A stretch of 64,000 nt of DNA from Candidatus Omnitrophota bacterium (GTDB lineage: Bacteria > Omnitrophota > Gorgyraeia > Gygaellales > Profunditerraquicolaceae): positions 109,403-173,402 of the forward strand of contig VGKG01000001.1 in assembly GCA_016867115.1 (NCBI GenBank), written 5' to 3'. Below, in pieces: positions 31,437-43,358 of the stretch. A program made the position numbers and the translations under genes. The notes beneath the pieces were generated by a model. It was given only the letters and a program-made list of their open reading frames with translations. It was not told where the DNA came from and ran no database searches. The first letter of the stretch is position 1. Every line of letters begins with the position of its first letter.

Positions 31437-32282
31437 TTAGGATTGCTGTAGTTTGGCAGCCTGAATGAGATTGCGCATGAGCATGGTCACGGTCAGCGGC
31501 CCGACGCCGCCGGGAACAGGAGTGATGATCGAGGCGCGCTTAAAGGCCTCCTCGTGCTCCACGTCGCCGACGATCTTATCTTCCACGCGGTTGATGCCGA
31601 CGTCAATGACGATCGCGCCTTCCCTGACCCATTCGCCCTTGATCAGGCCGGCCTTGCCTACGGCTACGATCAAGACCTCGGCGCGCCTGACATGCTCTTC
31701 TAATTTTCCTGCTTTACTGGTGCCGATGTGGCAGACCGTAGTCGTGGCGAACCTTTCCAGTAATAAAAGCGCCAGGGGCTTGCCCACGATCTCGCTGTGG
31801 CCGACGACCACCACTTCTTTTCCGTAAAGGTCTACGCCTGTTGCCTGCAAGAGCTCCATTACTGCCTGGGCAGTGCAGGGGATCAGCTTTGCCTTACCGA
31901 AAACGATCTTTCCGATGTTCACAGGATGCATGCCTTCGATATCTTTATCGGGTGAAATGAACTGGCTGATCTTTTTGTAGTCGATCTGCGGCGGAAGAGG
32001 CATCTGGATGATCACGCCGTTTACTGAAGAGTCGGCATTCATTTTTTGGATCGTCTCAATCAATGCCGCTTCAGAAGTATCTGCGCCCAGCTTCTGGAAT
32101 TGATAATCTATACTTAAGTTTTCGGCGTTCTTTTTCTGCTGTTTAACATAGGCCTCGGCACCGGCGTTTTCTCCGACCATGATCGAGACCAGGACCGGCT
32201 TCTTTTTCATGCCGGCTACTTCTGCTTTCAACTCCTCTTTGATCTTTTCTGCGATAGGCTTACCCTCTAATAATTTTGCCAA
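31437..32282 (-). CDS. folD: bifunctional methylene-THF dehydrogenase/cyclohydrolase
   Basis: KDIEG, PCT, VGHSEIVGKP and TPVPGGVGP. Confidence 0.93.
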   Translation of the reverse strand: MAKLLEGKPIAEKIKEELKAEVAGMKKKPVLVSIMVGENAGAEAYVKQQKKNAENLSIDYQFQKLGADTSEAALIETIQKMNADSSVNGVIIQMPLPPQIDYKKISQFISPDKDIEGMHPVNIGKIVFGKAKLIPCTAQAVMELLQATGVDLYGKEVVVVGHSEIVGKPLALLLLERFATTTVCHIGTSKAGKLEEHVRRAEVLIVAVGKAGLIKGEWVREGAIVIDVGINRVEDKIVGDVEHEEAFKRASIITPVPGGVGPLTVTMLMRNLIQAAKLQQS

Positions 32283-32820
32283 CTTTCTCCTCCGTATCCA
32301 TGCGTATTTTCTTAATGGCTTCTTCTTTTATAGACAGCTCTTTTCTTAATGACGCAGTCAGCTCCTTGTCGCCGATGAACTTAAGGTTTATCCCCACATT
32401 AAATAAAGCTGCGGCGAATGCCGCTTCAAGGAGTATGGCAGCGCAGGCTACGTCGCTGATCAGGTTGATATTACCTTTAGTGATCAGGCCGGGGCAAAGC
32501 TCTATCGCCTCCTGACAGAGGCGGCAGACCAGGAGCGGCACATTCAGGCACTCCTTTAAGTCTTTACTCTTATAGGCGGTGACATCCAGGTCTACCAGTT
32601 TCAGGAACTCAGCCCTCAGCCTCTCGGACTTCTCAAGGAGCACGGTCAACTCCTCTTCATATTCGGCATACTTAGGCTTGCCCAGGGTGAAGTTAATGAC
32701 CATGCTAATGAGGCCCGTGCCTAAGGCTGCGTTAAAAGCCGCGGCCGAACCGCCGCCCGGAGCCGGAAGTTTTGCCGCCAGATCATCCAGGTATTTTTTT
32801 AGGGATTCGTCTTTATACAT
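32260..32820 (-). CDS. cyclodeaminase/cyclohydrolase (FTCD_C, FchA-like)
   Basis: LAAKLPAPGGGSAAA and GNINLISDV. Confidence 0.85.
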   Translation of the reverse strand: MYKDESLKKYLDDLAAKLPAPGGGSAAAFNAALGTGLISMVINFTLGKPKYAEYEEELTVLLEKSERLRAEFLKLVDLDVTAYKSKDLKECLNVPLLVCRLCQEAIELCPGLITKGNINLISDVACAAILLEAAFAAALFNVGINLKFIGDKELTASLRKELSIKEEAIKKIRMDTEEKVGKIIRG

Positions 32821-32821
32821 T

Positions 32822-34516
32822 TTAAGCTAATCCTATGATATTTCCTTTTTCGTCAATGTCAATATCTTCTCCCCGCGGATGGCTCGGCAGGCCGGGCATG
32901 GTCTGGATCCTGCCGCAGACAGGAATAATGAAACCTGCGCCCAACGCGGCACGGATATCCCTCACCGGCAGGATGAATCCGGAGGGCGCGCCTTTCAGCT
33001 CCGGATCATGCGATAAAGAAAGGTGCGTCTTAGCCATGCATACAGGAAGGTTATTCCAGCCGCGCTGATTAAAGACCCTGATCTTTTCTTCGGCAGCCGC
33101 GGAATATTCTACATCGCCTGCCCCGTAAACCTTTGTAGCGATGGCCCTGATCTTCTCCTTAAGCGGCGCTTCGAGCGCATAAAGATAATTGAACTTTTTA
33201 GGCTGCCCGGAAAGCCGGATGACGCTTTTTGCCAGCTCCACCCCGCCTTTGGAGCCTTTCTGCCAGACTTCACTGACCTGGCAATCCCGCGCCCCGAATT
33301 CAAGTGAGCTCTTTCTGATCAAATCTATCTCTTTCTCTGTGTCGGTGTCGAATTTATTCACCGCCACTACCACCGGAATACCGAAGAGCGAGATATTCCC
33401 GATCTGCTTCTTGAGGTTTGCCATTCCCTTTTCCAGCGCTTCAAGATTTTCCTGTTTCAGGCACTCTTCAAGGGGCTTACCCGGCACGACTTTACAGATC
33501 CCGCCGTGGGCTTTGAGTGCGCGCACAGAACAGACGACCACCGCTACATCGGGTTTAAGGCCGGCAGTGCGGCATTTGATATCAAAAAACTTCTCCGCCC
33601 CGCAATCCGCGCCGAAACCGGCCTCAGTGACCACGAACTCCGAAAGCGCAAGCGCCAGTTTATCCTGGATGATGGAGCTATTGCCGTGGGCAATATTGGC
33701 AAAGGGGCCGGTATGCACAAAACAGGGCGTATTTTCGATAGTCTGGATGAGATTGGGCCTGATCGCATCTTTTAATAATACTGCCATGAGCCCGGCGACT
33801 TTGATGTCTTCGGTGGTCACGGGATTACCTTTCAGGTCTTCGGCGATCACCACCCGCGAGAGGCGCCTGCGCAGGTCCCTGGCGTCTTGGCTTAAGGCAA
33901 GGATAGCCATGATCTCAGAACTGGCAGTGATATCAAAACCGCTGTCGCGCACAAAGGCGTCCTGATGCAGGCCCTCGCCGATCTTCACCTTTCTTAAGAA
34001 TCTGTCGCCGATATCCATGACCCGGCGCCAGTAGACCTTATTCGGGTCAATACCGAAGGGATTATTCCGGTAAAGCGAATTATCCAGGAACGCGGCGGTG
34101 ACGTTATGCGCCAGGCCCACTGCGTGCGCATCGCCGGTAAAATGCAGGTCAAAATCCTCGCGGGGCAGGACCTGGGAATAGCCTCCGCCTCCGGCGCTCC
34201 CTTTGATGCCAAAGACCGGCCCAAGCGAAGGCTGGCGGATACAGACCGAAGATAATCTCTTTAATCTGTTCAGGGCCATGGCCAGGCCGATGGTGGTCAC
34301 GGTCTTGCCTTCGCCTAAAGGCGTCGGGGTAATAGCGCTGACTAAAACATACTTGGCCCGGGGATTATCTTTTAATCTGCCTAATAAATCGAGGTCGATC
34401 TTGGCGATGTATTTGCCGTGCGGGATGAGGTATTTTCTGGGCAGCCTGAGTTTTGCGGCGATCTTTTCAACGGGGAGGATTTTTGCGTTTTGTGCGATCC
34501 TGATGTCGGAAAGCAT
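32822..34516 (-). CDS. fhs: formate--tetrahydrofolate ligase
   Basis: TPTPLGEGKT, HTGPFANIAHG, VTEAGFGAD and MPGLP. Confidence 0.95.
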   Translation of the reverse strand: MLSDIRIAQNAKILPVEKIAAKLRLPRKYLIPHGKYIAKIDLDLLGRLKDNPRAKYVLVSAITPTPLGEGKTVTTIGLAMALNRLKRLSSVCIRQPSLGPVFGIKGSAGGGGYSQVLPREDFDLHFTGDAHAVGLAHNVTAAFLDNSLYRNNPFGIDPNKVYWRRVMDIGDRFLRKVKIGEGLHQDAFVRDSGFDITASSEIMAILALSQDARDLRRRLSRVVIAEDLKGNPVTTEDIKVAGLMAVLLKDAIRPNLIQTIENTPCFVHTGPFANIAHGNSSIIQDKLALALSEFVVTEAGFGADCGAEKFFDIKCRTAGLKPDVAVVVCSVRALKAHGGICKVVPGKPLEECLKQENLEALEKGMANLKKQIGNISLFGIPVVVAVNKFDTDTEKEIDLIRKSSLEFGARDCQVSEVWQKGSKGGVELAKSVIRLSGQPKKFNYLYALEAPLKEKIRAIATKVYGAGDVEYSAAAEEKIRVFNQRGWNNLPVCMAKTHLSLSHDPELKGAPSGFILPVRDIRAALGAGFIIPVCGRIQTMPGLPSHPRGEDIDIDEKGNIIGLA

Positions 34517-34897
34517 CTAAGAAGCGAACCTTTCGTCTAACTCAAAAGCGCTTTTCAATAAGACAGGCTTCGGTTTATCCTCCGAAGCGTCGATTGAGAC
34601 TACGTCAAACCTGGCCTTTTTGTCGAGGAACTTATTTTCTTTAAGAAAGATGAGTGCGGTTTTAGCGATCTTGCGTTGTTTGACCCAGGATACCGCTTCA
34701 AATCCCGTGCCGAAGCGCGTCGAGCTCCTTGTCTTTACTTCGATGAAGCTGATTACTCCCCGGTCCTCGGCGATGATATCTATCTCCCCGGCCCCGGTCT
34801 TGAAATTACGGGCAAGGATCCGGTATCCGTTTGCCTTTAAGAGCCTTACCGCCTCTTCTTCGCCGTATCTGGCCAGGGTGATTCTTTCTTTAGTCAA
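34517..34897 (-). CDS. yraN: YraN family (UPF0102) endonuclease-like protein
   Basis: GEIDIIA, FIEVKTR and RFDVV; lies downstream of rnhB. Confidence 0.88.
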   Translation of the reverse strand: MTKERITLARYGEEEAVRLLKANGYRILARNFKTGAGEIDIIAEDRGVISFIEVKTRSSTRFGTGFEAVSWVKQRKIAKTALIFLKENKFLDKKARFDVVSIDASEDKPKPVLLKSAFELDERFAS

Positions 34898-35489
34898 AGC
34901 TGAAGCTCTTTCTGTGGATCGGACTCACACCCAGGCGCCTGATCGCGCCTACATGAGCCCGCGTCGGATAGCCTTTGTGTTTGATGAATCCGTATCCGGG
35001 ATAAACCCCGTCATAAAAATCCATGATCTGGTCGCGGATGACCTTGGCCAGGATCGAGGCCGAGGCGATGGATTTAGACCTTGCGTCTCCGTTAATAATA
35101 GGAGTGGAAGCGTAACCGGTATCCAGCCCCATGTTCCCGTCCACAATGATGTGAATAGAGCCTCTCCTGCGGCCGAGCTTATCCAGGAGTACGGCTACTG
35201 CCTGCTCCATGGCCAGGCGCGTCGCCTGCAGGATATTTATCCGGTCAATGGCCTTTTCATTGACGATGCCGACGCCAAAGACGCACTTGTCTATGATCTC
35301 AAAGAAGGCCCGCTCTCTTGCCAGGGGCGTGAGTTTCTTAGAATCGTCGATGCGGTTCCTGAAACGGTTTGCTTTAAGCAGCACGGCAGCTGCTACAACC
35401 GGCCCGGCCAGGGGGCCGCGGCCCGCCTCGTCTACTCCGATAACGCACTTAATACCCTGCTTCTTAAGTTTATGCTCGAAGTACAGCAC
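34890..35489 (-). CDS. rnhB: ribonuclease HII
   Basis: GVDEAGRGPLAGPV, DSKKL and SIASASILAKV. The start is GTG 35489 or TTG 35510. Confidence 0.93.
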   Translation of the reverse strand: MLYFEHKLKKQGIKCVIGVDEAGRGPLAGPVVAAAVLLKANRFRNRIDDSKKLTPLARERAFFEIIDKCVFGVGIVNEKAIDRINILQATRLAMEQAVAVLLDKLGRRRGSIHIIVDGNMGLDTGYASTPIINGDARSKSIASASILAKVIRDQIMDFYDGVYPGYGFIKHKGYPTRAHVGAIRRLGVSPIHRKSFSFD

Positions 35490-35503
35490 TCTGGGATCAG
35501 TCT

Positions 35504-35571
35504 GGGTCAATAGTCGATAGTGTATTGCGAAATCTTTCTGCCATAGACCACAGACAATAGACTATAGACCC
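35504..35571. repeat. inverted pair of heptamer arrays at the rplS-rnhB junction
   Basis: gggtcaatagtcgatagtgtattg ... ccatagaccacagacaatagactatagaccc. Confidence 0.85.
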
Positions 35572-35574
35572 GGG

Positions 35575-35931
35575 CTATTTAACTTCCTTTTTCTCTTCTA
35601 TCTTTGTCGCATGTTTTCCGATTTTGCCGCGCAGGTAATAGAGCTTGGCGCGCTTGACCTTGCCCTGGCGCAGGACTTCGATGCGTTCGATATTCGGGGA
35701 GTAAAGCGGAAAAACGCGCTCAATGCCTTCGCCGAAAGAAACTCTCCTGACGGTGAAGCTCGTATTTACCCCGCTTCCCGCCCTGGCGATCACCACCCCT
35801 TCAAAAGGATGCAGGCGCACCTTATCGGGACCCTCAAGGGTCTTGGTAAGGACCTTGACTGTATCGCCGACATTAAATTTAGGCACCTCTTTTTTAGTAT
35901 ATTCCTGTTCCACGATCTTCAATTTACTCAT
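35575..35931 (-). CDS. rplS: 50S ribosomal protein L19
   Basis: [26 protein letters not shown] and RAKLYYLR. Confidence 0.96.
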   Translation of the reverse strand: MSKLKIVEQEYTKKEVPKFNVGDTVKVLTKTLEGPDKVRLHPFEGVVIARAGSGVNTSFTVRRVSFGEGIERVFPLYSPNIERIEVLRQGKVKRAKLYYLRGKIGKHATKIEEKKEVK

Positions 35932-36646
35932 TTGTGATTTCTCCTCTCTTGCGTTTTTTCTTAAGCAGGTCCGGCCTTCTCTGCCGGGTCCTTTCTAAGG
36001 CTTCTTTTTTTCTCCAGGACTCTATTTTCTTATGGTCTCCGGATAAAAGGGTCGGGGGGACCGTCATCCCCCTGAAATTTGCAGGCCTTGTATAGTGGGG
36101 ATATTCTAATAGATTACCCTCAAACGACTCAAAGTTCAAGGAATTTTTGTCGCCCAGGACCCCAGGGACCAGGCGCACCAGTGTATCCACCAGGACCATG
36201 GCCGGCAGCTCTCCTCCGGTCAGGACATAATCTCCGATCGAGACCTCTTCATCCGCCAGAAATTGACGCACCCGCTCATCCACGCCCTCGTAATGGCCAC
36301 AGATGAGGATCAGCTGCTTATATCTGGCTAATCTTCTCACTGCCTGCTGATCCAAACGCTTACCTTGAGGACAGAGTAAAATAGTTCTCTGGTTCTTTGG
36401 TTCTCTAGTTCTTTGGTTCTGTTTTATTGCTCTGACTGCGTCAAAGATCGGTTGCGCGGACATGACCATGCCGCTTCCGCCGCCAAAGGGGCGGTCGTCC
36501 ACCTTGCGGTGCCTGTCTTGCGTGAACTTGCGCAGGTCATGGACGAATATCTTAACCCTGCCCTTGGCCTGCGCCCGCTTGATGATCGATTCCTCAAGCA
36601 CCGGGGCGAACATCTTGGGGAAGATAGTGATTATGTCGACACGCAT
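35924..36646 (-). CDS. trmD: tRNA (guanine-N1)-methyltransferase
   Basis: Start [10 protein letters not shown] at 36646; [22 protein letters not shown] and [11 protein letters not shown]. Confidence 0.96.
   Translation of the reverse strand: MRVDIITIFPKMFAPVLEESIIKRAQAKGRVKIFVHDLRKFTQDRHRKVDDRPFGGGSGMVMSAQPIFDAVRAIKQNQRTREPKNQRTILLCPQGKRLDQQAVRRLARYKQLILICGHYEGVDERVRQFLADEEVSIGDYVLTGGELPAMVLVDTLVRLVPGVLGDKNSLNFESFEGNLLEYPHYTRPANFRGMTVPPTLLSGDHKKIESWRKKEALERTRQRRPDLLKKKRKRGEITNE
36382..36421. repeat. in-frame octamer array inside trmD
   Basis: tagttctc tggttctt tggttctc tagttctt tggttctg. Confidence 0.88.
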
Positions 36647-36653
36647 ATTAATT

Positions 36654-36731
36654 GTACGCAGTATACAGTATGCTGTACGCAGGGGGAACGAACTACTTGA
36701 CCCGGTATACTGCCTACTGCATACTGTCTGC
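36654..36731. repeat. inverted pair of heptamer arrays at the tgt-trmD junction
   Basis: gtacgca gtataca gtatgct gtacgca ... gtatac tgcctac tgcatac tgtctgc. Confidence 0.85.
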
Positions 36732-36746
36732 ACTCATCCTTATTGC

Positions 36747-38860
<2,114 letters not shown>

Positions 38861-38883
<23 letters not shown>

Positions 38884-39985
38884 CGGTCTGCGGATAATAG
38901 TGTTTAAGGATCTGTTCTGCGCTGTAGCCCTGTTTTGCCATAAAATAGGCTCCCCACTGGCAGAGCCCTGCGCCGTGGCCCCAGCCAAGGCCTTCAAAGA
39001 CCGCGTGGTCCTTCAATACGATGACGCTGAAATTATTGCTGCGGATGATATTCGGTCCGATCAGATGCCGGAAGTCCTTGGCCGGGACTTTAATGTCTCC
39101 GAGGACCGATGAGACTAATAGCTCCTTCACCCGGCCGGAGCCGTTCCTGTCGATGACCAGGATATCCTTGATCTCGCCTACCCTCAATCCGGAAGCATTG
39201 AGCTTTGACTTCACCTCGGAGAGGGGCAGGACATTGTGCCACCTAAAATGCGGCGAATCCTTGCAGAAACCACAGGCTACGCCCTTAAGGCACGGCAGGT
39301 CCACGTTCCAGAGCAAGGAGGCGTCTTCCGTACGCCCGGCGCAGGTGGCATGAAAATACGCCGGGATCACTTTATCTTTAAGAGTAAGGACCTCTCCCCG
39401 TGTCGCATCTACCGCGCGATTGGTGCGGTGGCGTTCCGAAGAGCTTCCCCCATAGACCTGAGAATAGATGTCCGAGGTCACGTCAAAATCTCTGTGTTTA
39501 TTCTCTCCGCTTGAATAGAGCGCATAAGTACGGCAGACTATCGCCTGCGCCTTTAAGGCCTCTACCGGCCAGTAATGCGAGACCTCATGATACAGGATGC
39601 CTTTCACATAAGGCTCAAGCTCCACCCGGTTGATCACAAGGAGCTTGCCGTTTGTGTCTATCCTGAACTGCACGTCCCCGCGGTAGGCGCGGCCGTTGAT
39701 GGCCACCTCGTCAGGGTCGCTGGATTTCAGAGTCACCTTATAGGCATTGAACTTGTCTTTTCCGATAAGGATGCCCCCTCCGTAAGACGAGACGAGGCTG
39801 TTGAGGTTCTTTGCGCGCAGAAGCGTCTTTTCGCCTCTGGCGTCTTTGACCTCGTAGGAACCCTTAATCTTGATGCGCAGGGATTCCGCATCGCGGATGA
39901 TCAATACCCGGATGTATTTCGGCTCTGCGGAAAAACAACTGACAGCCGAAAAGAGGAAAATAAGGGCTAAAAGTGTCCTTTTCAT
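38861..39985 (-). CDS. SpoIID/LytB-domain protein
   Basis: EALKAQAIVCRTY, GWGHGAGLCQWGA and ILKHYYP; signal peptide from ATG 39985. Confidence 0.88.
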
Positions 39986-40527
39986 CCGATCAGCGCTTTG
40001 GCGGTTTTCTGCCCCCGCTCCGTCTCCGAATAGATACAGCCGCAATATTTCTGGCAATAGATGCCCTTTGACTTTACTTCGTCGTGCGCTTCCCTGAATC
40101 CCGGACGGAAATCTTCTTTATAAAACTCAACACCCGTCGCGGCCGCAACTTCCTCTGCGATCCTTATAAGCTCTTTCTGATCCTGATAAGGACTGACTAA
40201 AAGCGTGGTCGTAAAATGCGTGAAGCCCTTATCTTTCGCGGTTTTCGCGGTATTCCCTAATCTTAGCCTCCAGCAAAGAGAGCATCTTCCCGGAGCTTCT
40301 TCTTTCAAGTTCACCGCCTGGAAAAAATCCTGCGGACGGTATTCCGGGACGGACATTTCGATATCCGTAGAGACCATGCGCAGCGCCTCCAGTCTATTCT
40401 TATATTCGCTAAAGGGATGGATATTCGGGTTGTAGAAATAACCGGAGACAATGAATCCTGATTCCTTCAGGCGCCTGAGGGGAAAAATCAAACAGGGAGC
40501 GCAGCAGGTGTGCAGTAAAAGCTTCAT
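39982..40527 (-). CDS. queH: epoxyqueuosine reductase QueH
   Basis: LLHTCCAPC, YNPNIHP, CxxC and QKYCGCIYS. Confidence 0.9.
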   Translation of the reverse strand: MKLLLHTCCAPCLIFPLRRLKESGFIVSGYFYNPNIHPFSEYKNRLEALRMVSTDIEMSVPEYRPQDFFQAVNLKEEAPGRCSLCWRLRLGNTAKTAKDKGFTHFTTTLLVSPYQDQKELIRIAEEVAAATGVEFYKEDFRPGFREAHDEVKSKGIYCQKYCGCIYSETERGQKTAKALIG

Positions 40528-40530
40528 GCC

Positions 40531-41580
40531 TTAAAACATCTGTTCCTGTTTTTCGTATTTGATGCCGAAATGTTCGTAAGCAAGTTTAGTGGCCTGGCGG
40601 CCGCGCGAGGTGCGCTTCAGGTATCCGGCTTTTAAAAGATATGGCTCAACCGTATCGGCGACAGTATCCGTTTCTTCGTTAAGGCTGGCGGCAATGGATT
40701 CGATCCCCACCGGCCCGCCGTTGTAAGTCTCTAAGACAAGGCGCAGGACCTTGCGGTCCAGGTCATCCAGGCCTGCCTTATCGATCCCTAAGTCATCCAG
40801 CGACCTGGCTGCGGTGGCATGGTCTATCCTGGTAATCTTATGCACCTGCGCAAAATCCCTTACCCGGCGCAGGAGCCGGTTGGCCACGCGCGGGGTGCCG
40901 CGGGACCTTCTTGCGATCTCTTCTGCCGCAGCGTCTTCAATATCCAGGTTCAGGATTTTGGCTGAGTTCTTAACGATGCGGGCTAAGTCTCCGATGGAAT
41001 AAAAATCCAGGTTGTAGAATATCCCGAACCTTCCCCTTAAAGGCGCAGCCAGCAGACCGGTGCGGGTGGTCGCGCCGACCAGGGTAAAGGGCTTGAGGTT
41101 AAACTTGATAGTCCGGGCAAACTGGCCCTTATCGATGATAAAATCGATCTGAAAGTTCTCCATCGCCGGATACAGGAACTCCTCCACCACCTTGGAGAGG
41201 CGGTGTATCTCGTCGATAAAAAGGATGTCTCCTTTTTCAAGATTGGTGAGGATCCCGATCAGGTCTCCGGCGCGCTCTATCGCCGGGCCGCTGGTGGCGG
41301 TGATCTTGGTACCCATCTCATGGGCCACAATGTGGGCAAGCGAGGTCTTCCCCAGGCCCGGAGGCCCGCTTAAGAGCAGATGCTCAAGCGGCTCCTTCCT
41401 CTGTTTTGCCGCGGCAATAGCGATCTTCAGGTTCTCGGCGACCTCTTTATGGCCGACAAACTCCAAGAGTTTTCTCGGCCTTAAAGAGAGGTTCAGGACC
41501 ACATCCTCTTCGGTCTCTTTAATCTGGACCGGCTTCTGGTTGTTGCCCTTGATCAGGGCCTTCCTCGTCTCTATGTTCAT
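40531..41580 (-). CDS. ruvB: Holliday junction branch migration helicase RuvB
   Basis: SLRP, GPPGLGKT, FIDEIHR and SRGTPRVANRLLRR. Confidence 0.96.
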   Translation of the reverse strand: MNIETRKALIKGNNQKPVQIKETEEDVVLNLSLRPRKLLEFVGHKEVAENLKIAIAAAKQRKEPLEHLLLSGPPGLGKTSLAHIVAHEMGTKITATSGPAIERAGDLIGILTNLEKGDILFIDEIHRLSKVVEEFLYPAMENFQIDFIIDKGQFARTIKFNLKPFTLVGATTRTGLLAAPLRGRFGIFYNLDFYSIGDLARIVKNSAKILNLDIEDAAAEEIARRSRGTPRVANRLLRRVRDFAQVHKITRIDHATAARSLDDLGIDKAGLDDLDRKVLRLVLETYNGGPVGIESIAASLNEETDTVADTVEPYLLKAGYLKRTSRGRQATKLAYEHFGIKYEKQEQMF

Positions 41581-42313
41581 AGGGGGTAATATTGTTTTTG
41601 TTGCGCATGATCTCTATGTCCTGGAATAGCTCCTTCTGGAAGCAGACGATCTCTTTCATGCGGATGAGTTCTAAGATCGCCAGGAACGTGACGATCACCT
41701 CGAGCTTATTCTTCGCCTTGCCGAAGAGCTCGGAGAGCTTTACGCTCGGGGCAACCAGGAGAAGATGCAGCAGGTCATGCACCTTCTCTTCCACGGTGAA
41801 CTCATCCTTGATGACCTCATAAAAGGTCTCCTTGGGTATGTCCTTGAGCGCCCGGGAAAAGGCGTTGATCAGGTCAAAGATGCTCGCCTCAAAGTATTTT
41901 TCCTCTTTGCCCTCGGTGATCTCCTTAGCCAGCTCCACCTTCGGCCGCTTGAAGACCTCGCGCTGGTCGATCTCGCGCTTATGCAGCTCTTCGGCGATCT
42001 CCTTGAACTTTTCGTATTCCAAAAGCCGCCTGACCAGCTCTTCGCGCGGATCCTGCTGCTCCTCTTCCGGATTAAGCGACGGCTCAGCCGGCAGGAGCAT
42101 CTTGGATTTGATCTGCATCAGGGTCGCTGCCATCACCAGGAACTCTCCGGCGATATTCAGGTCGAGCATCTGCATCAGGTTCAGGTACTGCAGGTACTGG
42201 TCAGTGACCTTGGCAATGGGGATATCGTAGATATTAAGGTGGTCTTTTTTGACCAGGTACAAAAGCAGGTCCAGCGGCCCTTCGAAGATCTCTAATTTTA
42301 TCTTGTAATTCAT
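41519..42313 (-). CDS. scpA: segregation/condensation protein A
   Basis: FEGPLDLLL, EFLVMAATL and VTFLAILEL. Confidence 0.92.
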   Translation of the reverse strand: MNYKIKLEIFEGPLDLLLYLVKKDHLNIYDIPIAKVTDQYLQYLNLMQMLDLNIAGEFLVMAATLMQIKSKMLLPAEPSLNPEEEQQDPREELVRRLLEYEKFKEIAEELHKREIDQREVFKRPKVELAKEITEGKEEKYFEASIFDLINAFSRALKDIPKETFYEVIKDEFTVEEKVHDLLHLLLVAPSVKLSELFGKAKNKLEVIVTFLAILELIRMKEIVCFQKELFQDIEIMRNKNNITPYEHRDEEGPDQGQQPEAGPD

Positions 42314-43287
42314 AGGCCTATCCGCTTTCTCACCTGAGCCATCGTATCTTCGGCGATCTCTCTGGCCTTTTTCGCGCCTTCATCCAGTATAGAATGTAAT
42401 CTATCCTTATCCGCAAGCAATTCTGTACGCTTCTCTCTGATGGGCGAGAGGTGACTCACCAGGATCTCGGCGAGTTGGCGTTTGCAATCGGTGCAGCCGA
42501 CCTTAGCCTTACGGCAGAGCTCATCCACTCCGGCTTTCTTCTCCGGGGCAAAGACCGCGTAGTAATTATGCACATTGCACTTTTCCGGATGTCCGGGGTC
42601 AGAGACGCGCACTCTTGCCGGGTCAGTGAACATGTTGCCGATTTTTTTGCGGATCGACTCCGGCTCTTCGGAAAGCGAGATATAATTATTGTAGCTTTTG
42701 CTCATCTTTCTTCCGTCAAGGCCCAGGAGCCGCTGGAACCTGGTCAGGAGCGCTTTCGGCTCCGGGAAATAATCTTCCTTGTAAAGATTATTGAACTTGC
42801 GCACGATCTGGCGGGTCAGTTCCAGGTGCGGCAACTGATCCTCCCCCACCGGCACAGTCTCCGCTCTGTAGAGCAGGATGTCTGCCGCCTGTAGGACCGG
42901 ATAACCCAGGAATCCGTAAGTGTGCAACTCCCGGTTTTTCAGTTCCCGCAGCTGCTCTTTATAGGTAGGGCAACGCTCAAGGAGCCCGAGGGGGGTGATC
43001 ACGGAGAAAACTATGTACAATTCAAGATGTTCCTTGATCTGGGACTGGATGAAGATGACGGATTTTTTCGGGTCTATGCCGCAGGCAAGCCAGTCCGCGA
43101 CCATCTCCAGGCTGTTGGTTTTCAGGCCCGCAGGGTCCTCGTATTCGGACATCAATGCATGCCAGTCCGCGACCATGAAGAAACAGCTGTATTCCTCCTG
43201 CAGCTTGATCCAGTTGTCCAGCGCTCCGACCAGGTGCCCCAGGTGGAGCTTTCCCGTCGGCCGCATGCCGCTCAGTATCCTTTTCAT
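42310..43287 (-). CDS. trpS: tryptophan--tRNA ligase
   Basis: SGMRPTGKLHLGH, YPVLQAADIL and KMSKS; start MKRILSG at 43287. Confidence 0.96.
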   Translation of the reverse strand: MKRILSGMRPTGKLHLGHLVGALDNWIKLQEEYSCFFMVADWHALMSEYEDPAGLKTNSLEMVADWLACGIDPKKSVIFIQSQIKEHLELYIVFSVITPLGLLERCPTYKEQLRELKNRELHTYGFLGYPVLQAADILLYRAETVPVGEDQLPHLELTRQIVRKFNNLYKEDYFPEPKALLTRFQRLLGLDGRKMSKSYNNYISLSEEPESIRKKIGNMFTDPARVRVSDPGHPEKCNVHNYYAVFAPEKKAGVDELCRKAKVGCTDCKRQLAEILVSHLSPIREKRTELLADKDRLHSILDEGAKKAREIAEDTMAQVRKRIGL

Positions 43288-43300
43288 GCTCGCTTTCCTG

Positions 43301-43358
43301 CGCACACTTACGTGTGCGGTATCCTTTTCTGAAACATTCCCCGCACGTAAGTACGGGG
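43301..43358. repeat. REP-like doublet of oppositely oriented tetraloop hairpins
   Basis: cgcacac-TTAC-gtgtgcg and ccccgcac-GTAA-gtacgggg. Confidence 0.6.

Noticed and set aside
36647-36733. 29-aa N-terminal extension of TrmD in the ORF track
   Set aside because: It is a translation of the repeat hairpin; the conserved TrmD start is [10 protein letters not shown] at 36646. Use of the upstream GTG cannot be fully excluded.
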